From positions 16,539,763 through 16,603,762 of the forward strand of contig NC_069006.1 of the NCBI RefSeq assembly GCF_001194135.2: 64,000 nucleotides of DNA, written 5' to 3'. Positions 40,734 to 54,327 of the stretch are shown here, piece by piece. The notes beneath the pieces were generated by a model that was not told where the DNA came from, made no database searches, and saw only the letters and a program-made list of their open reading frames with translations. Origin of the DNA: Octopus bimaculoides. Lineage: Eukaryota. Made by a program: the position numbers and the translations under genes. Numbering within the stretch: the stretch's first letter is position 1; each line of letters opens with the position of its first letter.

Positions 40734-41624
40734 TAGTTAAGTCTATGTCCAGTCATAGAGTGACCAATGGTTTTGCATCCACAAAGGGCTTAGCCCTGTG
40801 AATGTCTTGTCAGACACTAAAGCCAAAGATAAATGTAACTCTTCACCTCTGAGAGGTGTATACACACACACACACACACACTTATATACACAAATACATG
40901 TATGCACATACACAGATATATAGATATATATATGTATAGTGTTATTACCATTACCTTGATTATAACACCAGGTAATCCCTGATGGAGCAAGCTAGCTCTT
41001 ATATCAAAGGTCTTCAAACCATAACCATACACCCCAACAATGTCACTTCTCACTCATTTTAAGAAGGTAAGACGTGTGATTTTAGAGAGACCACACTGCT
41101 CTTTCTAGCAGGTAAAGCAATCACACAGGCTTCATTTTTAGGTTGTGAGCTCAAACAAACCACTGTTTTATGTAGTCAGTAAGAGATCAGACAGAGTGCA
41201 TGACAGAATACCATACGGGGTGGTAATGAGTTATACTCCTTTACTGTGTTCAGTGTTTAGATCCTTGATTGCTGTGGTTGACTTTGCCCTTCACCTATCC
41301 AGGTGCACCAATAACAAACTGAAAGGTGCTTCAATTAACTATACACCTATTCATAATAAATTTATGAGATATCACTGTTTCAGGAAATCAACATTTTGAA
41401 ACAGTTGACATTAATGTTTGTCTTGACATTTAAGACCCTGTTGACGTTTATGACGGTATTAATATTTACGATACTTGATTATGACAGTGTTACCATTTAT
41501 GACACTTGATTACAATAGTATTAAGATTTAAGATACTGTTGATATTTTTGACAGCCACTGATGTTCACATCACAGATGACATGAAAATAAACACTGCAAC
41601 ATGGCTAACACTACCAACACTGCA

Positions 41625-41681
<57 letters not shown>

Positions 41682-42136
41682 ATATAGACACATATCTATT
41701 TAACGTATGTATATGCTGTAAAGGAAGAGAGTAAAGATGAAGATAAATAAACAGCAATAACAACAACACTAACACCAGCAACAACAACAAAAAAAAACAC
41801 CACCACTACTATTATCAATACCAACAGTAATAACAAAAACATCACCCATACCAACGTGGTTGAAACCACCAAACTAACATGCCGCCACCACCACTCTGTA
41901 ATTATAGAGGGTTCTAGAAATAAAACCTACAATTTAGCCAACCTGACCTCAACCTACGGTGATGCTTGTTGAATATACCAACAGTTAAGGGAAATGATTA
42001 ATGGTGTATGTGGCCACCCCTGCCACCCGCAACCCCCACTACAGATAATGATTTGGGTCATTATAAAGAAACTTCTGGAAGGAAATGTGATCTTAGTAAC
42101 ATCTTCATTTAGTAGTGAATGGCAATATGTGCGCAT

Positions 42137-42194
<58 letters not shown>

Positions 42195-43348
42195 AAGAAC
42201 ACAACACAAGTGGAGTTTTAAAATTCATAACAGCTGTTTCAGCAGCATTTTAGTGATGAACATTTTGGTTACATCATGACAAGAATCCAATCCACCACCA
42301 TCAGGTGATTTTACACAACCTACCTGAAATACCTAGATTCTAATNNNNNNNNNNNNNNNNNNNNNNNNNNNNNNNNNNNNNNNNNNNNNNNNNNNNNNNN
42401 NNNNNNNNNNNNNNNNNNNNNNNNNNNNNNNNNNNNNNNNNNNNNNNNNNNNNNNNNNNNNNNNNNNNNNNNNNNNNNNNNNNNNNNNNNNNNNNNNNNN
42501 NNNNNNNNNNNNNNNNNNNNNNNNNNNNNNNNNNNNNNNNNNNNNNNNNNNNNNNNNNNNNNNNNNNNNNNNNNNNNNNNNNNNNNNNNNNNNNNNNNNN
42601 NNNNNNNNNNNNNNNNNNNNNNNNNNNNNNNNNNNNNNNNNNNNNNNNNNNNNNNNNNNNNNNNNNNNNNNNNNNNNNNNNNNNNNNNNNNNNNNNNNNN
42701 NNNNNNNNNNNNNNNNNNNNNNNNNNNNNNNNNNNNNNNNNNNNNNNNNNNNNNNNNNNNNNNNNNNNNNNNNNNNNNNNNNNNNNNNNNNNNNNNNNNN
42801 NNNNNNNNNNNNNNNNNNNNNNNNNNNNNNNNNNNNNNNNNNNNNNNNNNNNNNNNNNNNNNNNNNNNNNNNNNNNNNNNNNNNNNNNNNNNNNNNNNNN
42901 NNNNNNNNNNNNNNNNNNNNNNNNNNNNNNNNNNNNNNNNNNNNNNNNNNNNNNNNNNNNNNNNNNNNNNNNNNNNNNNNNNNNNNNNNNNNNNNNNNNN
43001 NNNNNNNNNNNNNNNNNNNNNNNNNNNNNNNNNNNNNNNNNNNNNNNNNNNNNNNNNNNNNNNNNNNNNNNNNNNNNNNNNNNNNNNNNNNNNNNNNNNN
43101 NNNNNNNNNNNNNNNNNNNNNNNNNNNNNNNNNNNNNNNNNNNNNNNNNNNNNNNNNNNNNNNNNNNNNNNNNNNNNNNNNNNNNNNNNNNNNNNNNNNN
43201 NNNNNNNNNNNNNNNNNNNNNNNNNNNNNNNNNNNNNTCCTGTACCCAGATATGCACCTATATATACAGGTAGATGCAGGTATGCACATACTTGTACGTA
43301 TATATGCATAGACTCATTTATCATTTGTTTTATATATATATATATATA

Positions 43349-43803
43349 CAGGGTGGGGAAGCAAAACTTGGAATATTTTGGAAGCCTTATTTTTCATATA
43401 TTCCTGAGTGTAAATACTAAAATATGGTTTTCTATTTCAGGGTGGAGGTATATAGAGTTAATTTAAGCAGAAGTTCCAATCGTACGATCTAACATGTCCA
43501 CTTAAGAAGCCAAGAGACAATGCATTGCAGATTTGCTTCGTGACGGGGTTGCAATTAGACGTATTGCTCAGACTGTTGGGGCCTCTGTGAGCACTGTCTA
43601 CAACGATAAGAACCGAATGCTGGATATTGGAGGCATCGAGAGAAAGCAAGGAAGTGGAGACATAAATAAGAAACGGGATAATGCATTTCTTAAATCTCTC
43701 AAAGCCAAAATTTCGAAAGATTCAACAACATCCATGAGAAAACTGTCCATGGACATGAAAGTTGATCCAAAGACCATCAGAAATGCTGTACACACTGATT
43801 TAC
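43349..43803 (+). mobile_element. 5' part of a Tc1/maT-like transposon (TIR plus N-terminal HTH pseudogene)
   Basis: Starts TA-CAGGGTGGGG. From ATG 43494: MST*EAKRQCIADLLRDGVAIRRIAQTVGASVSTVYN...SMRKLSMDMKVDPKTIRNAVHTDL. Confidence 0.78.
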
Positions 43804-44627
43804 ATAAAATGGTTGGGATTGCGAAGGGCATCCAGCCATAAAAACCAAGCCAAAAACAGACTTTACCAGAGCTGGTACCATGCAAAAAAACACTTAGTCC
43901 ACTCTGTAAAGTGTTTGGTGTTAGGAAGGGCATTCAACTGTAAAAATTATGCCAAAAACAAGACAGTTGAGCTTGGTGTAGCTTCAAGATTTTGATGAGG
44001 TGATTGTTTATATCTAGGATGTCATTGTAGGGTGTGTATGAGAGGCCAGACCTGGCCAGTATAAAACAAATAGAATATCTAGGCCGGATATGGCTGGTTT
44101 AAATGCTAAAGGGTTAATTACAGGTCTGTTGGATCTGGACTAATCTGGAGAAACAATTGTATGTGTGTGTGAGTGGAGACTGCCGCAAGAAGATACTACT
44201 TCATCACTCCCTCCCCAACACACACAAACATCATCTCTAACTCCACTGATTTTTGAGCGCTCCCTGGAAATTGGAGGAGAGAGCCATTGTTCCCTCCACC
44301 CACACAGGCTAACAAAGACATCTGGCAGCTGTTTAAATAACAATTACAACAACAGGAACTGTCAGACGGACAACATCCCATGTCTCTCAGACAGAACCAT
44401 GTTGTTGTGATTGCTGGAGACCTGATGGTGTGTGTGCATGTGTGTGAGTCTGTTGTTGGAAATGTGGAGCCAATCCTCCTCACATACATACACCTACATA
44501 GTTACACTTTAAAATACATAGATACACAAACGTATACACACAACAAATATAAATATACATGAATGCATACATCACATGCATAGATACACACACACTCACA
44601 AAACAACATAGATGCATGCATATATCA

Positions 44628-44684
<57 letters not shown>

Positions 44685-44947
44685 TATGCAATGAGGTAAC
44701 TTCCACATAATCACTTGTCCTACTAAAAATAGTAGCTAAAATTCCTCAAGTGACACCAACCTTAATGTTTTAAGATAAAGAAAAGAATACATTAGATAAA
44801 GTAGTTCTAGACACAGCCCTAAGAAGATGGAATCGTCATGGCTGGAAACTTTTTGGTGATACACCTGATCTATCAAGGTTGACATGGGGCAAAACAACAC
44901 ATACAAAATTCATCATGTGCACAAGACTCCTATACACACACATAAAA

Positions 44948-45004
<57 letters not shown>

Positions 45005-45206
45005 CAAATAGACAAATATATATATATATATAGTGAGATAGAGAGAGAGAAAGAGAGAGATTCAATGAGGGAGCCTTGTAACTAAGTACCTTGATACGCC
45101 TAAAGCAGCAGCTTAACTCACTCAAATTACACAGCTTAGCAAAAGGACTGGATTCAATGCACATAAAACAGATAAGGTGGTCACTAATGAGATGCCTTTG
45201 ATCATT

Positions 45207-45242
<36 letters not shown>

Positions 45243-46710
45243 AAAAAAACACAAAAAACAATAACAAAAAAACAACAAAGTGAGGACGGGATACGGATAG
45301 TGTTATTGGACGCTCGGGAAAGGAAGGAGAGAGAGTATGACGTTTCGGGCGGAGNNNNNNNNNNNNNNNNNNNNNNNNNNNNNNNNNNNNNNNNNNNNNN
45401 NNNNNNNNNNNNNNNNNNNNNNNNNNNNNNNNNNNNNNNNNNNNNNNNNNNNNNNNNNNNNNNNNNNNNNNNNNNNNNNNNNNNNNNNNNNNNNNNNNNN
45501 NNNNNNNNNNNNNNNNNNNNNNNNNNNNNNNNNNNNNNNNNNNNNNNNNNNNNNNNNNNNNNNNNNNNNNNNNNNNGAACGTGAAAAACTATCCATACTA
45601 CATCCATGACTAACACAGCCACCACTACCACCACTACCACCACTACCACCTACGTCACAACAGTAGCACCGCTACCACCATCCGCACTACCGTCATACCG
45701 GCATTTAACTAGCTTTTCCCACAGTTATTAAATTATTGCTTTAAGTTGGTATGTTTCCAAATGGAATCATACCTGGATATCCAGTTGTTTTCCAGAGATT
45801 AATCTACAGATTGCCAGAAACAAATGCACACACACACACGCACACACACACACACACACANNNNNNNNNNNNNNNNNNNNNAAACATACATCACCATTCT
45901 ACCAGTAGGTATAATATATATAAAGACACAATACATACTATCACTACCACTCTAGAAACACCAGTCTTACAAGGACACCCCCCACCACCACCACTACCCT
46001 ACAGGCATACATATCTCCCCCACACTGTGACAATACAACTATTCCATATTACCAGTACCACCTCACATACATACCATTACTCTTGACAAACCACCACCAT
46101 CACATCTGCTGTCACCCTAGTCACACCATCACCACCCCAGGAACACAATTCTAGATACACCACCCAAGCACCACTACCACCACTCTGTTGACCAGGCATC
46201 TCTCAGATACAACCACCACACCCACAGAGATGAGAAGTGACAACCTACCTGGTGCCATGCAGAATGATAAGCCAAAGTAGTAAACATTATTATTATTATT
46301 ATTGTAGCCAGAGAAAGCAAGAGAATAGCCATGTTGTCAGTTGAAGACTTTTACTTGATGTCTTCCTGCATGAGGGAGAGTGAGAAGACAGAGAGAAATG
46401 GAGGGTGGACAGTTGCAGGATGGATCAAGGGTGGTGGTGGTGATGGTGCATAGTCACCAACGAAATACTGACAGGAAAACATAATAAGGTCAGAGTTGAT
46501 GAATAAATATATTTAAGTAAAGTGAATGGAAGGCAGTGGATTGGCACAATCAGTAGAGAATTGGACAAAATGCTCTGTGGCATTTCCAGCTATTTACATC
46601 CCGAGTTCAAATCCCACTGAGGTCAAGTTTGCCTTTTAACACCTCAGAGCTGATAAAACAAAGTACAAATCCCAGGGCGGTGGATTGGAAGAGTTCTTAG
46701 GGTATTAGAC

Positions 46711-47002
46711 CAGGGGTTTTCAAACTTTTTGACTTGCGGACCCCTTTATATTTCAGGCTTTACCTTAGCCCTTATAAACGCTTATGAAATTTATACATAA
46801 ATATTTGCTTAAAATAACATATATTTTTACATTTATTTATTTAACAGTATTTAACAAATAGGTTTATTGTCAATTAAAAGATTTTGATTAAAAAACATAT
46901 ATAAAATCAAATTGCCCATAAAAAGTATTTGCTGTCCATGGACCCCCTGTCTTGTCCTTGCGGATCCCCTGTGGTCCGCGGACCACAGTTTGAAAACCCC
47001 TG
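46711..47002. mobile_element. hAT-type MITE
   Basis: TIR CAGGGGTTTTCAAACT and 8-bp TSD TATTAGAC; a truncated copy lies at about 6654-6900. Confidence 0.88.
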
Positions 47003-49187
47003 TATTAGACAAAACATGTTGCAGTATTTGTTCTATCAAAACAGAGTATCCAGGTAGGTGTAGGGGACTTGCCTGTACAAAGCTGACAATACCAAAAGGG
47101 AAGTTGCAGAAAACATTCTTTAAGAAGTACCAAGTGCTTACCAAGGAAGTTACTAAGGGTCATTCAACAACCTAATGGTACAAGGTAGCAAAGAAAGTAA
47201 ATGGATCTCTGTCAGCTTCAATGATGAAGTATTCCTGTTGTTTAATCACCAGAACTACCTACTATTATAATGTGCATGGCTGAGTATCCCAGAGACATGT
47301 GTAATGGTAACGCAGACTAAGCTTAACATGGTATGAGAGAAAACTTTGCTCATTAACCCTTTAGTACTCAGATTACTCTGTCACATATAATGCCTATTTA
47401 ATCAGGTTGTTTTGAATTTAATCATGTATTATCTCATAGCTCTAAGATTTTGATGGTGTGATGGTTTACTTTTAGGAAGACATTGTGGAGTGGACGTGAA
47501 AGCCTCGATCAAGCCAGTTTGAACAATAAAACAGGGTGAGTATTTTGGCCAGATAGGGTCAGTTGAAATGCTAAAGGGTTCAATTACAGGTAGAGTCCAT
47601 CTGATGAGCTTTCACAGTTACCATCTATATGATTTCACTCACAAATCTTACAATATCACTTATATATAAAATATGCCTATTTGTCTGTCTGTCCGTTTCT
47701 CTCTCTCATAGACAAACAGACAGATGGATGGATAAACTTTTAACAACTTGTAAACACACACCTAATGGTGATGATGATAATAACAACTGTTAAGGAATGT
47801 GAAGTTGTAAAGACATCAGTATACATACAGCACCATCACCCTCATTACCATCATCACACCCCCATTGCCATGACCTACAACATTGACAGCATGATGACGA
47901 CCACCACTATCTACAAGAAATAGCAGCCAAATCACTCTTTATCATCCTGAAAAACAGCACACACTGGATAATAGGGCCCAAGATATCTTCAAAAGGTGGA
48001 ATGGTCATGGCTGGACACTTTAAAACATAGGTCTGCTAAGTCAGGCAGAAGACAGTAACACCACCATATCACATGCATCATTTGCAAACCACCACCACCA
48101 TCCCTTACTACATATATTATCACCATATATAATACTACTACCACTATTACAACTGCTACCCCATCTTCAACACTAGCACCATCTCTCTGACCACCTACAA
48201 CACCACCCTCACTTCACACTACTACTACTACTACTACCACTAGTACCATCACCGTATATAATACTACTACCACGAATACTGCCTCAGATTCAACCCTCTA
48301 CAACACAACCACTATCTACATTATCTCTACATACCACCTGCACCACCATCATCCTTTCTCCTCCCACCACCACTACCACCACCACCACCACCACCACCAA
48401 AACTTTGGCATCAATGAAGAGAGAGGGGGAGTATTGGAGGCTGGTAATGAAAGGAAAACATCAATTACACATTTCCTGCCTCATCATTGTAATTTACTCC
48501 TATCACTGAGGACATCATTCATAAACTACACATGTCTGGGTCACATGTTAGCCCACATTCCCAAACTATGCAGTGTCTGGGTTATATGTTAACCCCACAC
48601 TTTCTAGCTTCTCTAGGTCACTCACTAGCCTGCACTCTCTATCTACCAAGTCGGGTCAGGTGTTATCCCCAAAATCCAGTTACTACATGCCTGCTATACA
48701 TCATAGCCCACATCTCTACCCAGTGTATGTTGTTTCTCCCTACCCCTGAATCATCCCCGGTCTAGCAGATCCATACTGCATAAATATTTGACTAGATCGA
48801 TAACTTCAGCTATTCCACACCTGCCGCTGTCTCATTTTCAGGACCACAACTCACATTCTCACATGCAGTAGTCTCTCCACCATCCACAATATTTCTGTGT
48901 CTCTATTGTTGTTAGGTGAAACAGCAGAAATGGGATAAGAGACAGACAGACAGATGGACAGTGGGAGACATTACAGCAGGTCAACAAAAATTTTAAAATT
49001 GATGGGGAAAAAATGTAAACACACACAAAATTTACAATAAAAGTTGTGCCCAGAGGAAAAGGGTATGAAGCAGACTGACATTTCAGGTGAACACAATTAA
49101 ACCCTGGGAGAGGCATTATGCCGGTAATAAACACACGCACTGGTTCAGTCCTTTATTAATTTATAAACAGTATTTAGTTTTTTTTTT

Positions 49188-49228
49188 GTTAAATCATTTC
49201 ATTGCATTCTTGCAATCTCTTCAGTAAC
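49188..49228 (-). ncRNA. Mirror copy of the same hammerhead motif, in the sense of the MYO18 pre-mRNA
   Basis: Exact reverse complement of 49278-49318, within the left arm of the palindrome. Confidence 0.6.
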
Positions 49229-49277
49229 TTGTCTCTCCACTTCCATTTATTTTTATTAAATGGAAGTGGAGAGACAA

Positions 49278-49318
49278 GTTACTGAAGAGATTGCAAGAAT
49301 GCAATGAAATGATTTAAC
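49278..49318 (+). ncRNA. Minimal type I hammerhead ribozyme motif
   Basis: GTTA-CTGAAGA-G-ATTGCA-AGAA-TGCAAT-GAAA-TGATT-TAAC: stem I GUUA/UAAC, 6-bp stem II, 2-bp stem III, AUU triplet. Confidence 0.65.
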
Positions 49319-52300
49319 AAAAAAAAAACTAAATACTGTTTATAAATTAATAAAGGACTGAACCAGTGCGTGTGTTTATTACCGGCATAATGCCTCTCCC
49401 AAGGTTTAATTGTATTTCTTTCAACACACGTATCCACATCAAGAATCTTGCACACGAAATACACTTACGAAATATTNNNNNNNNNNNNNNNNNNNNNNNN
49501 NNNNNNNNNNNNNNNNNNNNNNNNNNNNNNNNNNNNNNNNNNNNNNNNNNNNNNNNNNNNNNNNNNNNNNNNNNNNNNNNNNNNNNNNNNNNNNNNNNNN
49601 NNNNNNNNNNNNNNNNNNNNNNNNNNNNNNNNNNNNNNNNNCCCTCAACTGTTAGGGTGTGGCACTTTTTCACGCAGCTATCCTCCTCCATTCTCACCAC
49701 ATGTCCATACCAGCGCAATCAATAAAGGACTGAACCAGTGCGTGTGTTTATTACCGGCATAATGCCTCTCCCAAGGTTTAATTGTATTTCTTTCAACACA
49801 CGTATCCACATCAAGAATCTTGCACACGAAATACACTTACGAAATATTTCAGGTGAACTCTTAATCAAAATAGAGTAAGAAGTAGAATAAAAGGAACAAG
49901 AAAAGAAGTTATAGCTATCTGAGGTATGTATGTATATATATCCTTCTGCTACATGCTGTAGCAGAAAGATGTTAGTTGTTGTTGTTGTTGTTATTTAAAT
50001 CTAGGTCAGCCCAGACTGAGCAGACTTATGGACAAAGGTGCTCCAGCCTTGACAAACCCAACTTTTGGTTTTTTTATTCAGAGCCACAATCATCATCATC
50101 ATCATCGTCGTCGTTTAATGTCCGCTTTCCATGCTAACATGGGTTGGACGATTTGACTGAGGACTGGTGAACCAGATGGCTACACCAGGCTCCAATCTGA
50201 TTTGGCAGAGTTTCTACAGCTGGATGCCCTTCCTAATGCTAACCACTCAGAGAATGTAGTGGGTTCTTTTACATGTCACCCGCACGAAGGCCAGTCAGGC
50301 GGTACTGGCAACGGCCACGCTCAAAATGGTGTATTTTATGTGCCACCCACACAAGAGCCAGCCCAGGGGCACTGGCAATGATCTTGCTCAAAAATCCTTA
50401 CACATGCTGCGGGCACAAGTGCCAGNNNNNNNNNNNTACACATGCCGCAGGCACAAGTGCCAGAAAGGGGATGCTGGGCACAGGTGCCATAAAAGAATAT
50501 CCTTGAGTTTTTTAAAAAAGACAATAGGGGAGTGATTTGAGCCAGACTTGGTTTCTATTTCTAGCAGGTTGGTTAACAACACAGAAGCCCTTTCACTGTA
50601 GGTTGTTGTAGTGGCCACAGTAAAATTTCGCCAGAGTGCAATAACAAGTGGACATATGTTGACCTTCACTTCGCTTTCCACGCATCTAGGTCACATAAAA
50701 TGAAGCCCACATTCTATTCCCAACACATCTGAGTCGTCATCATCATCATCGTCATCACAGATATCAGTGATGATAACATAAACTGGTAGGTGTGACATAC
50801 TTGAAAGTGGTTATCTAGAAATATCAAAGCTCACAACTTTTATAAAGTAATTATTTACTTTAAGGTTACCTCACCATCAGCACAACCACCACCACCACTA
50901 CCACCTCCACACTGTCACCATGACCATCATTACAAATATCAGAGCTTACTGTAAATAATTACACTTCACAAGCTGTAAGGTTACCTCACTAACAACACTA
51001 CAACCACCACCACCTTTAACACCCTGTTACTATTAACATTACTACCACCAACCACACCATCACTACCATAGCCATTATCATCTCTCCCATCACACTACTA
51101 CAACCATCACCACCACACCAACCTACCATCGTCACTACCACCACATCACTATCATCATCATACCATCATCATCACTACTATCACTATTACACCAGCACCA
51201 CCCTCATCATATCATCATCATCACTATCATCGCTATTACACCAGCACCACCATCATCTATACCATCGCCAGCATCACTCTCATTACATTAGCACTACCAC
51301 CAAAGCATTAATATTACCACTCCATTTGCAATGACCACCACCATAAATACCAGAGTTTACAAGTTGAGTCTACGTTATACAGTTACATTAAGGTCGCCCC
51401 ACTCTTATACTTTTACCACCTCCATCAACTACAACCCTGTTGCCCTCACTATCAACAATCAATGACAGAAGGAATCAGTGTTATTTATAAAATGATGAAA
51501 ATAGCATTGAAGGGTGGCAATGCAAGCATGTATATATATATATATATGTGTGTATATATCTAGGTATGTATGAATATCTGTGAATCTAAGTGTGTAAAAG
51601 GACATATGTAATTAAAATCCCCAAAGTGTCACATAACATTAATTGAACCTACACACACACACACATACATACATACATACATACATACATACAGAGGGCA
51701 GGGACACATTCTCCTGTACATACCTACAGTCATCCGAAAACAAGAAGAGGGAAGAATTGACACTAATATTGAATTAGACAGAGCATCTACACAAGTGCAC
51801 ACACACACACATACACACAATAGTATGTGTGTGTGTGTGTGTGTTGTGGGGTGGCTGTCTCGGGCATCTGCTTGATGTGTGTACGTGATGGGGTGAGATG
51901 CCTGACATACTTAACCCCAGTAAGATAACCGGGGTAGATTGTAAAGAAAATATACCAAATATCTCATTTTCTGCTATCTGGCCACTCCGACCACTCTACT
52001 TGTGTGTGAACCATGTTGTTGCTGTTACTGCTCCAGGGCAGCTGTTATCCAGCAGAGCCAAGGAACAACAGGTGACCCACAGACCCGTTCTTTTGGTTAT
52101 ACTATATCTTGCTGATCTTACTGAGGAAGTATGCTGCACACTTCAATCTGCTGGAGTGCATTGATGCATACAACTGAACTATGACAAAAAACAGCTGGTG
52201 TTGCAACAGCAGCAAAATGACAGATGACAGGAAATGTAGAGTTTGGTGTGTTACAGAAAAAACAGCACCCCTCTTGAAATGATAGCACCCCTTCTTCATA

Positions 52301-52517
52301 GCCTGATAAATGAAGTTGGGGGTGGAGCTCAGCACCCGATGGAGTCATTGGGATGCTGTTATGACAAGGTGTGCCTTGGGTATCTTAAAGATGATGGAGA
52401 TCATACTTCACCAGATGTGACCGCAGCTGGTTTCTTCCAGAGAGATAGAGGAGGAGGGGACATAAAAGGAGGGATGGTGATAGAGAAAGAGTACATAGAG
52501 GTAAAAGAAAGAGAAGG

Positions 52518-52553
<36 letters not shown>

Positions 52554-53726
52554 GGGGAGAGAGAGAGAGAGAGAAAGAGAAAATGACAAAAACGAAGAGA
52601 GGAGAACTGACTTACAAGATGTCAACAAGTACAGTGCCAGTGAGCTGGTATGTATCAACTCCAAACCCGCAGCAGGATTTGAACTCAGAAGCATACCAAA
52701 GTAGTCGAAAATATAAAAATGTCCCCATTCTTGGGATTTTAGTATTTAAAATGATCGAGCAATTCATGATCCGATAGACCAGATGCTGTGTTAGAAAATC
52801 CCAGCAGACTACAACGCTCAGGTAAAAACATTTGGAAAGTAAATATACTTTGGCCATTGTGCTAATTAATGATTCTGCCACTGATAATGAAATGAATTTG
52901 CCAACCCAACTACTCAGCACAGAGTGAGATGTGGTCCTCCATCCCATATCACAGAAGGAAGTAACTCCAAATAAGAACTTGCTCAGATCAGGACAACCTT
53001 ATTGCAAGTGAACCTAAGACAATGGTGATGATGATTGCTACTGCTGCCACTGCTATCACCATCATCATGGTTGTCAATGTTATCATCATCATCATCATCA
53101 TCATAATTACTTCCAACAGCATCTCTGACAGACAATTATAGGGGAATAGCATAGTTTACCATTTTAACATTTCCTTCCACTAAATGGCTGGTACTTTATT
53201 TTACTGACCTTTTGAAGGATAAAAGGTGTAGCAGAACCAAGTGAATTTTCAACTCAGAATTAGCAGCAAGACCAGATAGAGAGACAGAAAGACTATCATC
53301 TTATCTATGGCCTTAAATAGTTACACAAACAAATATATGTGTAAATATATTATATATATATATACACATCCCACACACATTACTGTTACCACACATATGC
53401 CACCGCCACCACCTCTATGTTACTCTCAACCTTGCCCTGCTTCCAAATGTTAAAGTGGAGGTGGGAGAATGGCGTCTTGTTCCACATCACTCTTAACACT
53501 GTTGAGGGGGTGGGGAGAGAGAAAGAGAGAAGAAGGAAGAATGAAGGCAGCTACATCACAACAGTTTGAAGAATTGGAAAACTAGCCCTTATCTTCTTGA
53601 TGAAAAGACAGAAGTGGCAGTGGTGCCTTGGCACATCATTATTGCAGGCTTTGATCAGGATGTGTGTGTGTGTGTGTGGAGAGAGAGAGGGAGAGAGAGA
53701 GAGAGATAGAGAGATAGAGAGATAGA

Positions 53727-53768
<42 letters not shown>

Positions 53769-53941
53769 AAGATGTGCTTCTGAAACAGCAATGTCAAACA
53801 GATTACACTCATGCTGGATCTCTCTCACACACAGACACACAACTGTCACACACACACCATTATACCACACTAAACTCAACACATATACAATCACCACATC
53901 CACAATAAACTACTCACACACCACCACCACCATCATCACAT

Positions 53942-54038
<97 letters not shown>

Positions 54039-54327
54039 CATTAAGAGACAAGTGAAAGGAGAGAGATAACAAAATGATGTTAAAACAACACCACCCACCC
54101 CAGGATGTCTGAAATACCAACAGAGTTGATACTTCAGATACCATGTGTCTATCTTGTTATATGGGATATCAAGGAACACATTAATTAATTGATGTTTCCT
54201 TTTTTGTATAAGCATGTATACCGAGTGCATATATGGGTATCATGAGTATGTTTGTGTATGCTTGTATGTGTATATAAGTGTATGTATTTATATATGTATG
54301 TATGTATATATATATACACATACATAC

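Larger units (their letters stand above)
49093..49845. mobile_element. Penelope-like (pLTR-type) insertion with an inverted duplication and hammerhead motifs
   Basis: Inverted arms 49094-49249 and 49257-49412 (156 bp, one mismatch seen), direct repeat 49349-49476 / 49721-49848, and a 13-bp flanking duplication ATTTCAGGTGAAC (49080-49092, 49846-49858). Contains an N gap. Confidence 0.6.

Noticed and set aside
49642-49848. RTE fragment plus a 128-bp repeat of the pre-gap sequence, read as a long TSD
   Set aside because: 128 bp is too long for a retrotransposon TSD and it flanks a gap, so it may be misassembly. It is kept only as a caveat to the palindrome finding.
52612-52947. 111-aa minus-strand ORF ending at a perfect GTAAGT donor
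   Set aside because: No recognisable homology, and it overlaps a family C repeat motif.
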